From Takakia lepidozioides (Eukaryota; Plantae; Bryophyta), in assembly GCA_030704615.1 (NCBI GenBank), contig CM060733.1, forward strand, positions 63,364,001-63,428,000: a stretch of DNA of 64,000 nt, in the 5' to 3' direction. The notes below the pieces were generated by a model. It searched no databases. It was not told the DNA's origin and saw nothing but the letters and a program-made list of their open reading frames with translations. This document shows, in pieces, positions 1 through 12,801 of this stretch (position 1 is the first letter of the stretch; every line of letters begins with the position of its first letter). The position numbers and the translations under genes are program-made.

Positions 1-865
1 CTGGTTTTAAAGCCAGTTTTTCCAAAGGTATGATAAGCACATAGCATATTACATATGCATATTTGCTTAGTGGTGCTACATAGAGCAAAGGCACTTGTAG
101 AGAGGTATGAAAGCATATGAGCCTAAGAGTGTCTAAAACTGATACAAGGCATCAGCTACAGGATACCATCTAACACGAGTAGTGTGCATTGACCGGATCA
201 TGTAGAAGGTGTACGCATACTCCTTCAGGTGGTTTTACCTGGGCCTAGCTCAATATATCAATATGAAGACAACACTCAAAAGCACTATGCTTATCTTAAA
301 GACCTCCGTGCTTAAATTCACCAACAAGTTTTTGCTGGAGGACATACCTTATTAAGGTCATTGCTCCATATCTTTGTCATGGAGGGACCTTCTGCCAGGC
401 CAGAAAAAAAACCATGTCAGTATATCAACATGATAAAGAAATAACCAAAAAGGAAAGTGGTAGATGGTGTGTACAAGAACCACCAAGTACACTGGAAATA
501 GAAAGAGAGGGAAGATACTCGTGTCATGTCAAGACATGGACAAGACCCACTAGGGTCATTGTCAATTAAAGACATAAACAGCCCATAAACAGGGCACCAT
601 CTAACACTTCCATTCTTGTCATGACTTCCCAATTGATTTCACCCAATCATTCATGATAAAACAGGGTGGGAGGGCGGGGTTTGTTTATGTACATGTCATG
701 ACAACAAGACAAGCATATAAGCAAACATCTTGTGTACTGAAAAATCAGATTGCTGCAGCCTGTCATACCTTTTCCTGGCATCATAATTACAGCAAGATAT
801 GCATTCTAGAGCAAAACATCTTGGATATGTGAAGCCAGCCTGCAGTATTACAGATTCAAGACCCA

Positions 866-1395
866 TCAAGATGCGTGTGTATACATGTCTTGAATCTTTA
901 GTATGGCAGGCTGTTCTTACTTACCCAAGGGGCCTTGCATGATGCATGTCTTGGGGTAATTACAAATGGTAAAGAATGAGGTTGCAATATGCTTTGTCAT
1001 GCCCAAGAGGGTTACTTGGTTGCATGCTTGGAATCTGATAAACTGCGGCTGGTCCATCAAGATGCTTGTGCATACATATCTTGAATCTGTAATATGGCAG
1101 GTTGTTCTTACTTGCCCAAGATGCCCTGCATGATGCATGTCTTGGGGTAATACTGATAAGGTAGGCTGCAAATTATCTTGTCATACCCAAGATGTTTGTT
1201 GGAAGGGCACCAGCCTGCGGTTTCAGATTCCAAACATGCAACCAAGTAACCCTCTTGGGCATGACAAGACAGATTGCAGCCTCATTCTATACCATTCATA
1301 ATTGTCCCAAGACATGCATCATGCAAGGCATCTTGGGCATGGAAGAACGACCTGCCATATTACAAATTCAAGACATGGACACACAAAAATCTTGA
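866..1395. repeat. Inverted repeat (arms ~866-1040 and ~1222-1395) with a partial direct copy at ~1055-1190
   Basis: 1222-1395 (CAGATTCCAAACATGCAACCAAGTAACCCTCTTGGGCATGACAA...) is an imperfect reverse complement of 866-1040; ORFs 917..1171(-) and 1192..1395(+) share CNQVTLLGMT and PKTCIMQG. Confidence 0.75.
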
Positions 1396-2499
1396 GTGCC
1401 CGAGACCAAGCCCTCTTGGCCAAAAAATAATCCATACATTGCAGGTAACTGGCCTGATGGCAAGACAAGGCTAATAATTTGTGGCAAAGGTCCAGTAGAG
1501 CTTACCAACACTGTTTTCCAAGAGGTTTATGCCATGGTTTGCAAATAAACCTCACTATGCTCCATCCCACACCAGATTCAGGCCTGAAAGAGGCCTGCCA
1601 GTGCCTTATTAGGCTGTCATCTTAAAAATCAGGGCCTCATCTTTCTTAGAACCTAACAGCCACTGAGGCCTTACCCATAAAACTCAAGCCAAAATAGTAC
1701 CTAGCTTAATAATCCACAGGCGCCGCTGTCAAAGATTAAAAGACAAGGTAAGGTCCAGATGCTGGGCTTCAAGAGACAGGCCTGCCAGGCCGAAATGCCC
1801 CATCAAAGGCGGAAAAACATAAGTCAAAAGTAAGCATCAGCATGCCAAACCAGGAGCAAGCGGGCCGAAATCAGGGCTGCAGGTAGCAGCCAAGTCAAGA
1901 CGCCATACACAAGAGGTTCCCTTTGCCCACATCCGTACCTACAAGCTCAAGAGAATTCAAAGCAAGTAGGGATCCTCACCTGGTCCCATCACAAGCCCCC
2001 ACAAAAACCAACAGGTTAGTGAGGATTGTGGAACCCCAGGTGAATCACAGACCCCTACACTTGTCATCGATGTCAACTAAGAACCTCAAAAGCGAGAGAG
2101 AAAGACATAAAACAAAAGGAACCCTAATCACCAAAAGCACCTTGAGCAATTGGGGAAGAGAACTGTGCGCCATCACCACCAGCAAGCCACCTCCAGCAAA
2201 GCAAAGGAGAGGGAAGCATACAAGCACGCTTGCTAGGTTTAAGAAGGGAGAGAGAGATACTTCCCCACACAAGCGCCGCTGCAAAAATTAAAAGCCAAAG
2301 GAGGGAAAGAGACGATGCATTCACAGCATTGTCTCCCGCCTGTAAGAAAAAACAAAGCGCCGCCATTGCGCATCCCCAGGAGATCGCCCAGCACGGGTAC
2401 GATGCAGCAAAACGCAGACGCCATAACGCTCTTCCCGCGAGCTCAGAAGCACTGCTCGTGCTTCTGACGGCGGGAGAGACATCCTAGGGCTCTTGCCCG

Positions 2500-3090
2500 A
2501 TTTTTCATCCGTGCAGGATGAATAATCAACACCACATCCTTTAAAACCCGACGGATTTTATCCGTAGCTAGGTTAAACGGTAGGTTTTAGGGTAGGGGTT
2601 AGGGTTTCACACCTTAACTAACCATAATTAGGGGTAATTAATATCAGTCCAGGGCCATCAAAAGTTGTACACTTCATCCGGTTCAGATGAAAAAAATTAT
2701 TGAGTTCATCTGTTGGAAAAAGTCCAGCAGTAGGATGAAAAAACATGAAATAACATCCAAGGCATCGGTTTTACATCCTTACAAGTAATTCCACATCCCA
2801 AAAATGCCTCATCCGGTACGGATGAAAAAGTAATAAAAGAGGAATGAAAAAATTAATATCCTGGCATTTTTCATCCGGTATGGATGGAAAAATAGGATGC
2901 CAGTGGCAACCCCCACAGAGGTAATTCCTCATTCTCTGGTGACTCATCCGATATGGATGAAAGTCAATAAAAGAGGAATGAAAAATCAGAGACTCATCTT
3001 AGAGGTAATTCAGTGTCCACCCTGGTAGTTCATCCGGTATGGATGAAAACACAGGAAATTAACACTGATAAAACCGGCCAATTCCAGGGA
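2500..3090. repeat. Cluster of imperfect palindromes TTCATCCGGTATGGATGAA, probable subterminal region of a DNA transposon
   Basis: Copies near 2506, 2675, 2810, 2872, 2945 and 3031. Confidence 0.5.
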
Positions 3091-3092
3091 GG

Positions 3093-3095
<3 letters not shown>

Positions 3096-3140
<45 letters not shown>
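3096..3140. repeat. (GA)n microsatellite
   Basis: Direct reading. Confidence 0.95.
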
Positions 3141-3145
<5 letters not shown>

Positions 3146-3169
3146 GAGGGGAAAAATAAAATAAAATGG

Positions 3170-3670
3170 GGGGGTGGGGGAGTGACTGAGCAGCAGCCTC
3201 TCTTTCCGTATCCTACTGGGACAGAGGGGGACAGAGGGACAGAGGGACAGAGTGGGAGAGATGAGGGAAGAAATATAAAAAAGAAGGTGGGGGGGGGGGG
3301 GGTGTCTGAGCAGTTGCTACTTAGTCACTTCCCCCCCCCCACCTTTTGGTTTTTTGTTTTCGGAATGATGGGGGGTGCTGAGAGCAGCTTGTTGCTGCTG
3401 CTCAGTCACCCCCCCCCCACCTTTTGGTTTTTTTGTTTTTGGAATGGTGGGGGGGTGTTGAGAGCAGCTTGCTGCTGCTGCTCTTAGCCCCCCCCCACAC
3501 ACCCCACCTTTCATTTTTTGGTTTTGGCAATGGTGGGGGGGGGGGGGCTGAGAGCTGCAGCAGCAAGTACTTGCTGCTGCTGCTCTCAGTCCCCCCTATT
3601 TTTTTTCCTTTTTTTTTGAAATCGTGGGAGGGCTGAGAGCAGCAACATTTGCTGCTGGTGCTCTCATCTT
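3170..3670. repeat. Low-complexity repeat of GCTGAGAGCAGC / GCTGCTCTCAG units with G and C runs
   Basis: Units recur in both orientations. Confidence 0.6.
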
Positions 3671-4354
3671 CGGCCAGGGGCCAGGGGCCCATTTTGCAAT
3701 GCCCGGACGTGGCAGGACCGTCCCCAGGGCGTCACTATTTTAACGTCGCATAAATGCAACGGATGGGAGTCGCAGCGCCACGCCGGCGCGACTTGCGACA
3801 CCCGGGAGTCTAAATAATTTATTTTTTTTTAAAAAAAAAATCCTACTCTGCAACACCGAGTTAGGGACGTCCGGGGATCGCAAAGTGCAACACCCAGATG
3901 TCGCAGTTTAGGGGGGTAGATTTCAATTTAGGTGGGAAAGTATGAATTTAGGTGGAAAATTTTGAATTTGAATTTTTGAATTTAAAAAACTCGTTGACCA
4001 TTGACTCCGGCATTGACCATTGACTCTAGTTATGTCCAATGGCGATATGTTCATTCTTCTATATATATTAGGCAATGCATACTTGAACCTAGGACCTCCA
4101 CGTTATAACATTTCTAAGACACTACAGACTAACCAACGCACCTACGATACATCTATGTATCGCAAACACAATCTAAATATATATATACAGATCAAGATGT
4201 CTTTCAAGTTTCTTCTAAGGGGGTCCCTCTTGTGACAAATTTTGTTATCTAATTTGCACTCCAAAGTTGAGTTATCTTCAACTTCATGCACCAGCTTTTC
4301 TTAACTCCAACTCCATTCATATAACTATTCGGCCTCACAATCCGGCCCACAGGA

Positions 4355-5670
4355 AGGTCTGACATCATCAAAGCTGGAATTGTGTTATATGTTAATTTGG
4401 AGAACACCCTTGTTGATATGTATGCCAAATGCAGGATGCATGTCAAGTGTTTGTCAATATTGCTCAACGAGAGGTGGTCTCATGGAACGCCATGATTGGA
4501 GGATATACTGAGTATGGTACAGAGGCTTTCAAGATGAAGCGGGAAATGCAACAAGAAGGGGTGGTGCCAAATAGGGCCACATTTGTCTCCCTTCTCAAAG
4601 CTTATGCTAGTCTAGGAGCCCTGGAAAAGGGCAAAGCTGTCCATGCTGACATTAGCAAAAGTGGAATTGCTCCAGATATTATTCTCGGGGGTGCCCTTGC
4701 TAACATGTATGCCAAATGTGGGAGGATGAAGGCTGCACATCAAGTTTTTGACAATATGGCTCAACCAAATGTGATCTCATGGACTTGATGATTGCAGAAT
4801 ATGCTCAACATGGGTGTGGGTGGGAGGCCCTCCAACTCTATGAGCAAATGCAAGCGGAAGGGGTGACTTTGGCATGATACTGCCAATGTGACAATATGAA
4901 AGTATCCAGAACAGGTAACAGAGACAAGGAGAAGCTGTGGAGTGAATACCTTTCTGACCCCAGTGCTTGTGGTGTGCTTGTGCAAGCCTGGCAGCCCTGG
5001 AAATGGCAAAGAGGTCCACGGTGACATCATCAAAGCCGGAATTGTACCAGATGTCATTTTGGATTCTGCCCTGGTGGACATGTATGCCAAATGTCAGCAT
5101 TGAGGATGCAAAGGTAAAATCTAACAATATGGCTGAACGAGGTATGGTGTCGCGGAGGGCAATGATCGCAGGATATGCCTAGCATGGTTGTCATAGGGAG
5201 GTCCTGCAAGTATTGGGAAGAATGCAAAATGAAGGCTTCAATCCAGACAGTAGCGCCTTTCTATGTGTTCTCTCTGCATGCACTGGAAGAAGGAAGATGC
5301 TACTTTGATTCATGAGTCCAGATCATGGCATGACTTGACGGTAAAGCACTTTGGCTGCATGGTGGACCTTCTTGGACGTGCGGGCAATTGGATGAAGCAG
5401 AGGACCTCATTAATAAAATGCCAATGGAACCAGATGTTGTGGTGTGGATGGCCTTGCTTGGTGCTTGCAAAGCCATGGCAATGTGGAGATGGCTGAACGT
5501 GCGGCAACATCTATTCTCAAGTGGATGACCAAGATGCTGCGACTTATGTGTTGCTATCAAACCTCCACCAAGTTCATCTCGAAGATTGTTGGCCGAGCAA
5601 TTGTTGATAGGACGCTAACCGCTTTCACCACTTTGAAGATGGGGTTTGTTCTTGTGGGGATTACTGGTGA
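4355..5670 (+). pseudogene. PLS-class PPR pseudogene with E domain and DYW C-terminus
   Basis: Repeated LVDMYAKCG and VVSWNAMI motifs, HFGCMVDLLGRAG, YVLLSN, and a terminal DANRFHHFEDGVCSCGDYW* ending at 5670; many frameshifts and stops. Confidence 0.9.
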
Positions 5671-5910
5671 GACGTTGTCTTGTTTGTTGGAATGGTGCAG
5701 ATGCCTTGCTTCATTCTTTGATCTATGTAGCTACTCAGTTCATCCACCATTTCCTGAGAATATTGACCATGATGTACTGTTGAGGGCATTTCCGTACCAT
5801 AGATCCACAGGAAACAGTAGCGGGGTATACATGTAGTTAGTGAAGGGGGGATTTTGACTGTCTCTGGTGATAGTGGAAGGAAATTCAGAGTGCTGGGTAG
5901 ATGCAGACTA

Positions 5911-6636
5911 CACTGGCTCAGTTTGGACTGCAATTTGCAATTTTCGACTGACTGCTTGTCATATTATTCTTCACCCTATACAAATAAGTATACATTCATA
6001 GCAAATGGACTTTAGAATGGGTTAGTCACTTACCATATGTACATGTGGGTACAATTATTTTGGAATTTGGATGAAATCTCATGAAGCTATGGACTTTTGT
6101 AGGGAATTCCAATGGACTGTCACAGTCCATCTAATGTCCCAAATGCCATCTGAAAAACCTATTTGTGCAAAACCAATTCATATATGGACTTTACAACTAG
6201 ATACACAATGTTTGAATAGACACAAATATAAATTTGTGAACAATTCCATCCATCCTATGGACTTTTTTATACCCAAAAAACCCCCAAAATGACGATTTGT
6301 ACATAGCATTTTGAAAAACTCATATTTGGGTGGAGATCTTTGCTAAGAATATATATATTGTTATTGTCTCTAGGAGCTTATTGTTATATGGACAAATTTC
6401 ATAAACTACAAGATTATAATAAATAGCTATTATTTTTAAATAAAAAATATTTAAAAATAATTATAATAAAAATATATCTCAAATATTTGGGATGAGACCA
6501 TTTACTAAATATGATAAGTATACCATTACCTATGAAGATAAAAAAATATTTGAATAAATATCCTTAAATAAAAATTTAATTAATTTTTTCTCATGGACTT
6601 TCAGTGGAGGGCACATCTGTCGCTTTTGAGCCAGTG
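5911..6636. mobile_element. Non-autonomous TIR element (MITE), Tc1/mariner-like TA target
   Basis: TA|CACTGGCTCA at 5909-5920 and TGAGCCAGTG|TA at 6627-6638; AT-rich non-coding interior. Confidence 0.7.
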
Positions 6637-6862
6637 TAGTCTACACTTCCCCTACTGTCATATTTCTGGTGTGGGTGGTGGATCTTCTCCAGAGCTTGAA
6701 GATGAAAGCGAATATGAGGGGCAGCCTTGTGCACGACTTTGGATTGCATAGTAGATGGTCTCTTCAGCAACTGGCTGGCTTATGGCAGTCCCTAGCTCCG
6801 TATTTAGGTTCTCTCAACAATTGGATAAAGGTTACCGATGCAAGTTTGGGTTGGAATGGCAG

Positions 6863-6994
6863 ATGGCAGCAGTTACAGCACTCTGTGTGCAGTACGAAGG
6901 GGATTTTCGCCCCAACATGAGTATCGTGGTGAAAGCCCTGCAACCGCTTCTAACCTCAAGGCCTGCACCACAAGCAGGACCATCGGCAGAGTAA
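6863..6994 (+). pseudogene. Isolated last exon of a PTI1-like (Pto-interacting) protein kinase
   Basis: AG acceptor at 6861-6862, then [30 protein letters not shown], the typical PTI1 subdomain XI tail; no upstream kinase exons visible. Confidence 0.7.
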
Positions 6995-7677
6995 CAAGTC
7001 TGTGTGATGTTATTAGATTCTTGATTTAGTGCTTGCATGGAGTCCAAAAACCTTGGGTACCTAGTCTGTGTTTGGCATTGAGGGTTTTATAATAAGGGGT
7101 GGTTTGCAAATGGCTTGAGGTCAGTGCTCAAACCACATCTGCACACAGACCTGCTGCATTTTGCCTTGCAATTGGCAAGTTTGGAGATGTTAATTTAAAG
7201 TTGTGGGTCTGCCCACATGAGTAAGCAGAGGGGATGTCTTGAGGAAGTTGGAAGCTGGTTTGAACTGTACTTAATGGTGGGATGATATGAGTGGAAGGGC
7301 TTGGTGTTTGACATGCGCAAGTATCTTTGGATAGGCCAGGGTTTGTTCATCTCTGAACAGTGGCAATGCATGCCTGTTGATGACTGCATGTATAACAGTT
7401 TGGGAGGCCAAGATTATTTATTGTTCTGGCTGCACCATGATTGGATAAAGAGGTTTCTGATTACAAAGCCTGCTCTTTGCCTGCCTGAGCATCTCTCTCA
7501 GTTTTGTGGGGGTGTGCCCACATATGTGAATTTGCAGGCATGCAATCTAGTCACAAGACTCTGCATTGTGAAACTTGTCAAAGGTTACTGTAGATATGCT
7601 TGTGAGGATAACGGAATAGAGTGAGTGCCTAGGAGCACTGAAATTGGACGGGGTAGCAGTACCCCTCTTTCGCACTT

Positions 7678-7755
7678 GAGCAGGCAGCCCAGTTGGTGGG
7701 AATTTGTGGCTTGCCTGTGCATAACCAGGGTGATCCTGGGTTCAATCCTTCATGA
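7678..7755 (+). mobile_element. tRNA-related SINE head, degenerate
   Basis: A-box-like CAGCCCAGTTGG and B-box GGGTTCAATCC. Confidence 0.4.
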
Positions 7756-8467
7756 TCGTCCTTCTACTGTCCCATTGTCCCCTCGATGGTGTGTGTGTTG
7801 AGTAGTAGGCTCACTTGAACTTTGGTTTCATTTCAATTGTTGGATCACATTGGTTGTTTCACTTCATAGGAGGTGGCAATTGTGTGTGGCTATCACAATC
7901 ACATTTGAAGTCTTTAAGCACTCCCATTTTCCAGGCGGCTTCAATCTGGGAGTGCAGCCAAATTTTTGCCGAAAGTAATTTGGACCACTGAGGAGCAATG
8001 GACTAGGTAACCCGTGCAAGGAGATGGTGAGGGCACATTCTTCTTCGACCTATTTCAGCCTGTGTTGCCCTCTCATTAGACTCGTGCCTGAATTTGCATA
8101 TTGATTGTGTAAGTTAGCTCTTTGGGTGGATTTGTGGTGCATGGGTAGATGGTCCACTGGAAGCCGCAGCAGCAGCGGCACAATTGATAAAATTAGGCAC
8201 TGGCACTGAAGGCACCTTCTTCAACACATTTCACCCTGTTTTTCCCTCTTATCAGAATTGGCCCTAAATTTTCATGTTGAATTCTGTAAGTTAGTTGGTT
8301 GAGTGAATCTTTGATAGGTTGGAGTGACTTTGACATGATACTGCCAATGTGACAACAGAAAAGTATCCAAAAACAGGTAACAGAGATGAAGAGAGGCTGT
8401 GGAATGAATACTTTTCTGAACCTAGTCTATCGTGGGACAACTGAGGCAAAAAGGTGAATGTCTGTCA

Positions 8468-8842
8468 GGTTACCAGATGTCATTCTGAACATTGCCCTAG
8501 TGGACATGTATGCCAAATGTGGGTGCATCAAGGATGCCAAGGGAGTGTTCAACACTATGGCTGAATGAGATGTGGTGTTATGGAGTGCAATGCTTGCGGG
8601 GTATGCACAGCATGGGCGCGGGATGGAGGCTTTGGAGACGTATGAGCAAATGATGGGGGAAGGAGTGAAGCCCGACCACATAACGTTTGTGTGCATTTGC
8701 AGTGCGTGTGCGAGCCTGGCAGCCCTGGAAAAGGGCTAAGAGATCCATGGTGACATCATCAAATCTGCAATTGTACCAATGTCATCATGAACACTGCTTT
8801 GGTGGACATGTATGCCAAATGTGGGAGCATTGAGGATGCTCT
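8468..8842 (+). pseudogene. PPR (PLS-class) fragment
   Basis: Two LVDMYAKCG repeats, WSAMLAGYAQHG, GVKPDHITFV; stops present. Confidence 0.85.
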
Positions 8843-9339
8843 ACAATCCACTCCCAGAACCAAATTTGTCAAGGAGAGATTCAATTCCCAGATGCCCCAC
8901 TTTGAATGGATCGGGCTACTCGCCTTGACTTTGAATTGATGGCCTCCCCCATGTCACAGACTAAAAACATATTCAAGGAAGTTTTTTGCCGAACTTCATG
9001 GCCCTGTGCACATGTTCATTTAAAAGTACTGGCATCCTCTAATTTTTAGTAGTACAGGAAAGTAGGTTGTTTCGGGATCTGTCTATTTTTTGAAATGTGC
9101 GAAGCTTTGGTGGTTATAGCGTGGTGCGAGAGGCCATGGCTACTCAGTTGCCCACTGGTGTTGTCGCGGAGCAATTCAAGGGCAAAAATGAGGTTCTCTG
9201 GATGGGTTGGTCAAACCCTCCCTGGTGGTGACTCTCACTGGTGGTTTTGCAAGAGGTCCAAGAGGCGACGTCAGTAAGAGTTCTTCTGCACTTGTGGAGA
9301 CATCAGAAGACTATGCAAGTTAGGACGACGGAAAGAGGC

Positions 9340-9490
9340 ACTGCATGATTCTTACCAACATGGTATCCAACCAGACTCCAAGATCTCCATACATCTTCTT
9401 GGCCGTGCAGGGAGATTGGTCAAGGCAGAAGAATTTATTAATGAAATGCTAGTTGAACCAGGTGCATTGGTGTGGGGGGCCGTGCTCATC
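9340..9490 (+). pseudogene. PPR S2/E-region fragment
   Basis: LLGRAGRLVKAEEFINEMLVEPGALVWGAVL. Confidence 0.6.
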
Positions 9491-9838
9491 TCTTGGCACT
9501 GGGCTGGGTGGACACACATGTGGCTCATTGCCAGTCATAGTGGAGGAAACAATTAGAATTTAGTGTGAGAGAAACGGAAAGGAAGTAACTTAAAAATGAG
9601 GGAGAGATAGAAAAAGAAGGGATCCATGACCAGATGTCTTGGCATGGTGTGTGGGAGGGTGCAGCTCATCAGCATAATGCTAATATCGTAGGTTAAGTAT
9701 TGAGTTTTGAGTAGTGGCATGTCACTGACTATGTACCAACATGTAAGCTGTCTCTTTGACAAGTTGGTATTTCACCAAGAAGTTGTGTACCACACGAAGG
9801 ACAATGTTGCATTCTTGAGTGTACTATACCTAGTGGCC

Positions 9839-10014
9839 GACAACCAACATGTAGCCCAGTGGTAATGGGCACAAACCACGTTGGATGTGGTTGTGGGTTC
9901 AAACCACGGTCTGGCGTGTCATGAAGGTGTCCACTTTTCAGCTGGAAGGCAGTAGCCCTTGTGGTGAAGTGACACCATAAGTTACGCTCCCTTCGGGAGG
10001 CGTCATATATATAC
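9839..10014 (+). mobile_element. tRNA-derived SINE, family A copy 1
   Basis: A box TAGCCCAGTGG, B box GGGTTCAAACC; flanking duplication ATACCTAGTGGCC; four more copies in the window. Confidence 0.85.
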
Positions 10015-10449
10015 ATACCTAGTGGCCAGTTTGGGCAACTAAGAGTGTGTCCTCTGTTGTTCACAGTTTTTTGCATCTGATGAGACAATCAAAGCAGTAA
10101 GACAAATGATCATGGCATCAACAACTCAACAGCGGCAAGTGGCCCTTGACAAATTGCTCCCCTACCAGCGCTCAGATTTTGAAGGCATTTTGTGGGTCAT
10201 GGATGGTGAGTACAGAGTTGAATGTTCATTCCGCAGCTTTGACACCACTGTATAGGTTTCCAATATTTTTGTAAAATTCTGGTGAAAATATATTAGTTGC
10301 TGTAAATGTACCTTTTAAGCTACCCTAAATGAAACTAAATGATGAGCGATGGAAAGATATAAACAATCGGCTTCCGAAGCAAATGCTAAACGAATAAAGA
10401 AATACAGGTTTGAAAATCCACCACTAACCATGGAAATAATTTCGCACAT

Positions 10450-10676
10450 CAGCTGGCAGCTCAGCTGGTAAGTGCACAGTGTGTCGCCCTGGTGGTTGGG
10501 GGTTCAAACCCGCTGCCCTGCCTGGTGTGTGGATTGTTCGTGACCGGTTGGTTTGGTGGTGACGTTTCCCACCTGTGTGCCTAATGGCTTATCTGAGTTA
10601 AATTTTCCCCCTCCTCAAGGGCCTGAATTGTGAGCAGTCGTTCCCAGGTTTCCTTTAAATAAATAAATAAATAAAT
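10450..10676 (+). mobile_element. tRNA-derived SINE, family B, (TAAA)n tail
   Basis: A box CAGCTCAGCTGG, B box GGTTCAAACCC, tail TAAATAAATAAATAAATAAA. Confidence 0.65.
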
Positions 10677-10969
10677 TCTCAACTGACTTCCGCTCTAGAC
10701 AAAACAAATGCTAAATCCCTCCCCCTCACTTCTTGGGCGTAGATAGAATTAGCTGCATCAAACAAGGAAATGTGGAGACGTGACATGATAGCTTGGGCAA
10801 CACTTCGCCATACTCTTTTGAAAAACAATGAAATACGAGATGTATGTATATAACACCATGGGGATAACCCACCCCTTTTGGTGAAAATTGAACATAGTTA
10901 TTAGAATTCATCGCTAGTAGTGCGGAGCAACGCGAAGCCCTAGTGGTACAATATTAATTGAATGGATCA

Positions 10970-11155
10970 GACAACCAGCATGTAGCCCAGTGGTAATGGG
11001 CACATACCACGTTGGATGTGGTTGTGGGTTCAAACCACGGTCTGGTGTGTCATGAAGGTGTCCACCTTTCAGCTCGAAGGCAGTAGCCCTTCGGGGTGAA
11101 GAGACACCATAAGTTACACTTCATTCAGAAGGCGTCATATTTTTTTTTATTTTTT
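10970..11155 (+). mobile_element. tRNA-derived SINE, family A copy 2 (T-rich tail)
   Basis: Close match to copy 1; flanking duplication TGAATGGATCAG. Confidence 0.85.
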
Positions 11156-11303
11156 TGAATGGATCAGGACTTTTGATGGACAATAGGTGTCGGCTCGATG
11201 GGCTATTGTTGGTTGTTTCTGGAGAGGTTGTTTCCGAACAGATTATTACAAGGACTGCCCCCAACAATGAAATTGAACCCATTGTACTTCATAACAAAGG
11301 TTG

Positions 11304-11489
11304 AAAAGAAAAGAAAAGAATATGACGCCTACCGAAGGAAGCGTAACTTATGGAGTCACTTCACCCCGAAGGGCTACTGCTTTCCGCTAGGAAGGTGGAC
11401 ATCTCATGACACACCAGACCGTGGTTTGAACCCACAACCACATCCAACATGGTATGTGCCCATTACCACTGGGCTACATGCTGGTTGTC
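11304..11489 (-). mobile_element. tRNA-derived SINE, family A copy 3
   Basis: Reverse complement of family A; flanking duplication AAGGTTGAA. Confidence 0.85.
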
Positions 11490-11647
11490 AACAAGGTTGA
11501 ATAAATCTCTCCGTCCCAGGGAGGCTACGTCATGACAGCCAATAATTACAGTCATTACATTTGGACGTCACATCCGGACGTTCAAATCCTCCACCAACAG
11601 CACGTGACGTCCAGACGTGACGCACGTCTCGATGCAACGTCCGACGT

Positions 11648-12735
11648 GCAAGCATTGAAAACTCGTCACCGCTCATAATGCTTCATCTTCTGCATATGCA
11701 TAGGGGTCTTTGGATGTGATGTTGCTTTCTGTGGGCGCTTCTATCATCTAAATGCTTGGCTAGAAAGCTGACTCCAGCGTCTGAATGAACAACACTAGTA
11801 GAGCGTATTAATCAAGGTGTAGACGCTGCCCGTTGCATACATGCAAGAAATGTAGAAAGACAGAGAACAAAGAAATTGAGAATATGTAGCTTCTTCTTCT
11901 TCATCCTTCTTCCTTAGCATTGGTTGAGGAGTTAAGCTAGAAACTGTTTTGGTGATATAGGTTTTCGACTGGTGCACTTTCGCTTTAATTTTTTTCAGAG
12001 TGCTAACTTTTGGGGTTTCCATAATTGGAGGTCTTGTAGAGGCTGGAGATCTTGTAGAGGTTGTGATGGACGTTGCCCGTCTGGTAGGGATGTGATCTCT
12101 GAAGTTGCAATCTATTTTAAGACAGTCTCCAGAGCGCGAGCATCTAGATAACAACGGCAATTGGGCCGAGTATACTTCAAATGATGGAATCCGTTTGAAC
12201 AGTGATAAAATGATTGCGGGTTCTAATGCAAGCATTGAAAACTCGTCACTGCTCACAATGCTTCACCTTCTGCATCTGCATAGGGGTCTTTGGATGTGAT
12301 GTTGCTTTCTGTGGGCGCTTCTATCATCTAAATGCTTGGCCAAAAAGTTGACTCCAGCGTCTGAATGAACAGCACTAGCAGAGCGCATGAATCAAGGTGT
12401 AGACACGTTGTGCTGCCCGTTGCATACATGCAAGAAATGTGGAAAGGCAGAGAACAAAGAAATTGAGAATATGTAGCTTTTTCTTCTTCATCCTTTTTCC
12501 TTAGCATTGGTAGAGGTTGTGATGGACGTTGCCCGTCTGGTAGGGATGCGATATCTGAAGTTGCAATCTATTTTCGGGCAGTCTCCAAAGCGCGAGCATC
12601 TAGATAACAACGGCAATCGGGCCGAGTATACTTCAAATGATGGAATACATTTGAACAGTGATAAATTGATTGCGGGTTCTAATGCAAGCATCGAAAAACT
12701 CGTCACCGCTCACAATGTTTCACCTTCTGCATCTT
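11648..12735. repeat. Tandem segmental duplication (11648-11925 = 12228-12510; 12053-12275 = 12510-12735)
   Basis: Near-identical blocks; ORFs 11795..12256 and 12488..12706 are near duplicates. Confidence 0.85.
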
Positions 12736-12801
12736 CGCTGCCCGGACATTGCCCTACAAATTGTCGGTGTTCTTCTAGCTGCAAATGACGCTTTGACCTC
12801 C

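Noticed and set aside
2580-2605. Telomere-like TAGGG repeats
   Set aside because: Only two or three degenerate units.
3182-3692. ORFs in the G/C-run region (also 26467-26985, 41965-42328, 63236-63600)
   Set aside because: Low-complexity repeat translations.
9839-9915. tRNA genes at SINE heads (also 7678, 10450, 10970)
   Set aside because: A and B boxes are present, but no clean cloverleaf; most have a non-tRNA body and tail, and the family A copies also have target-site duplications.
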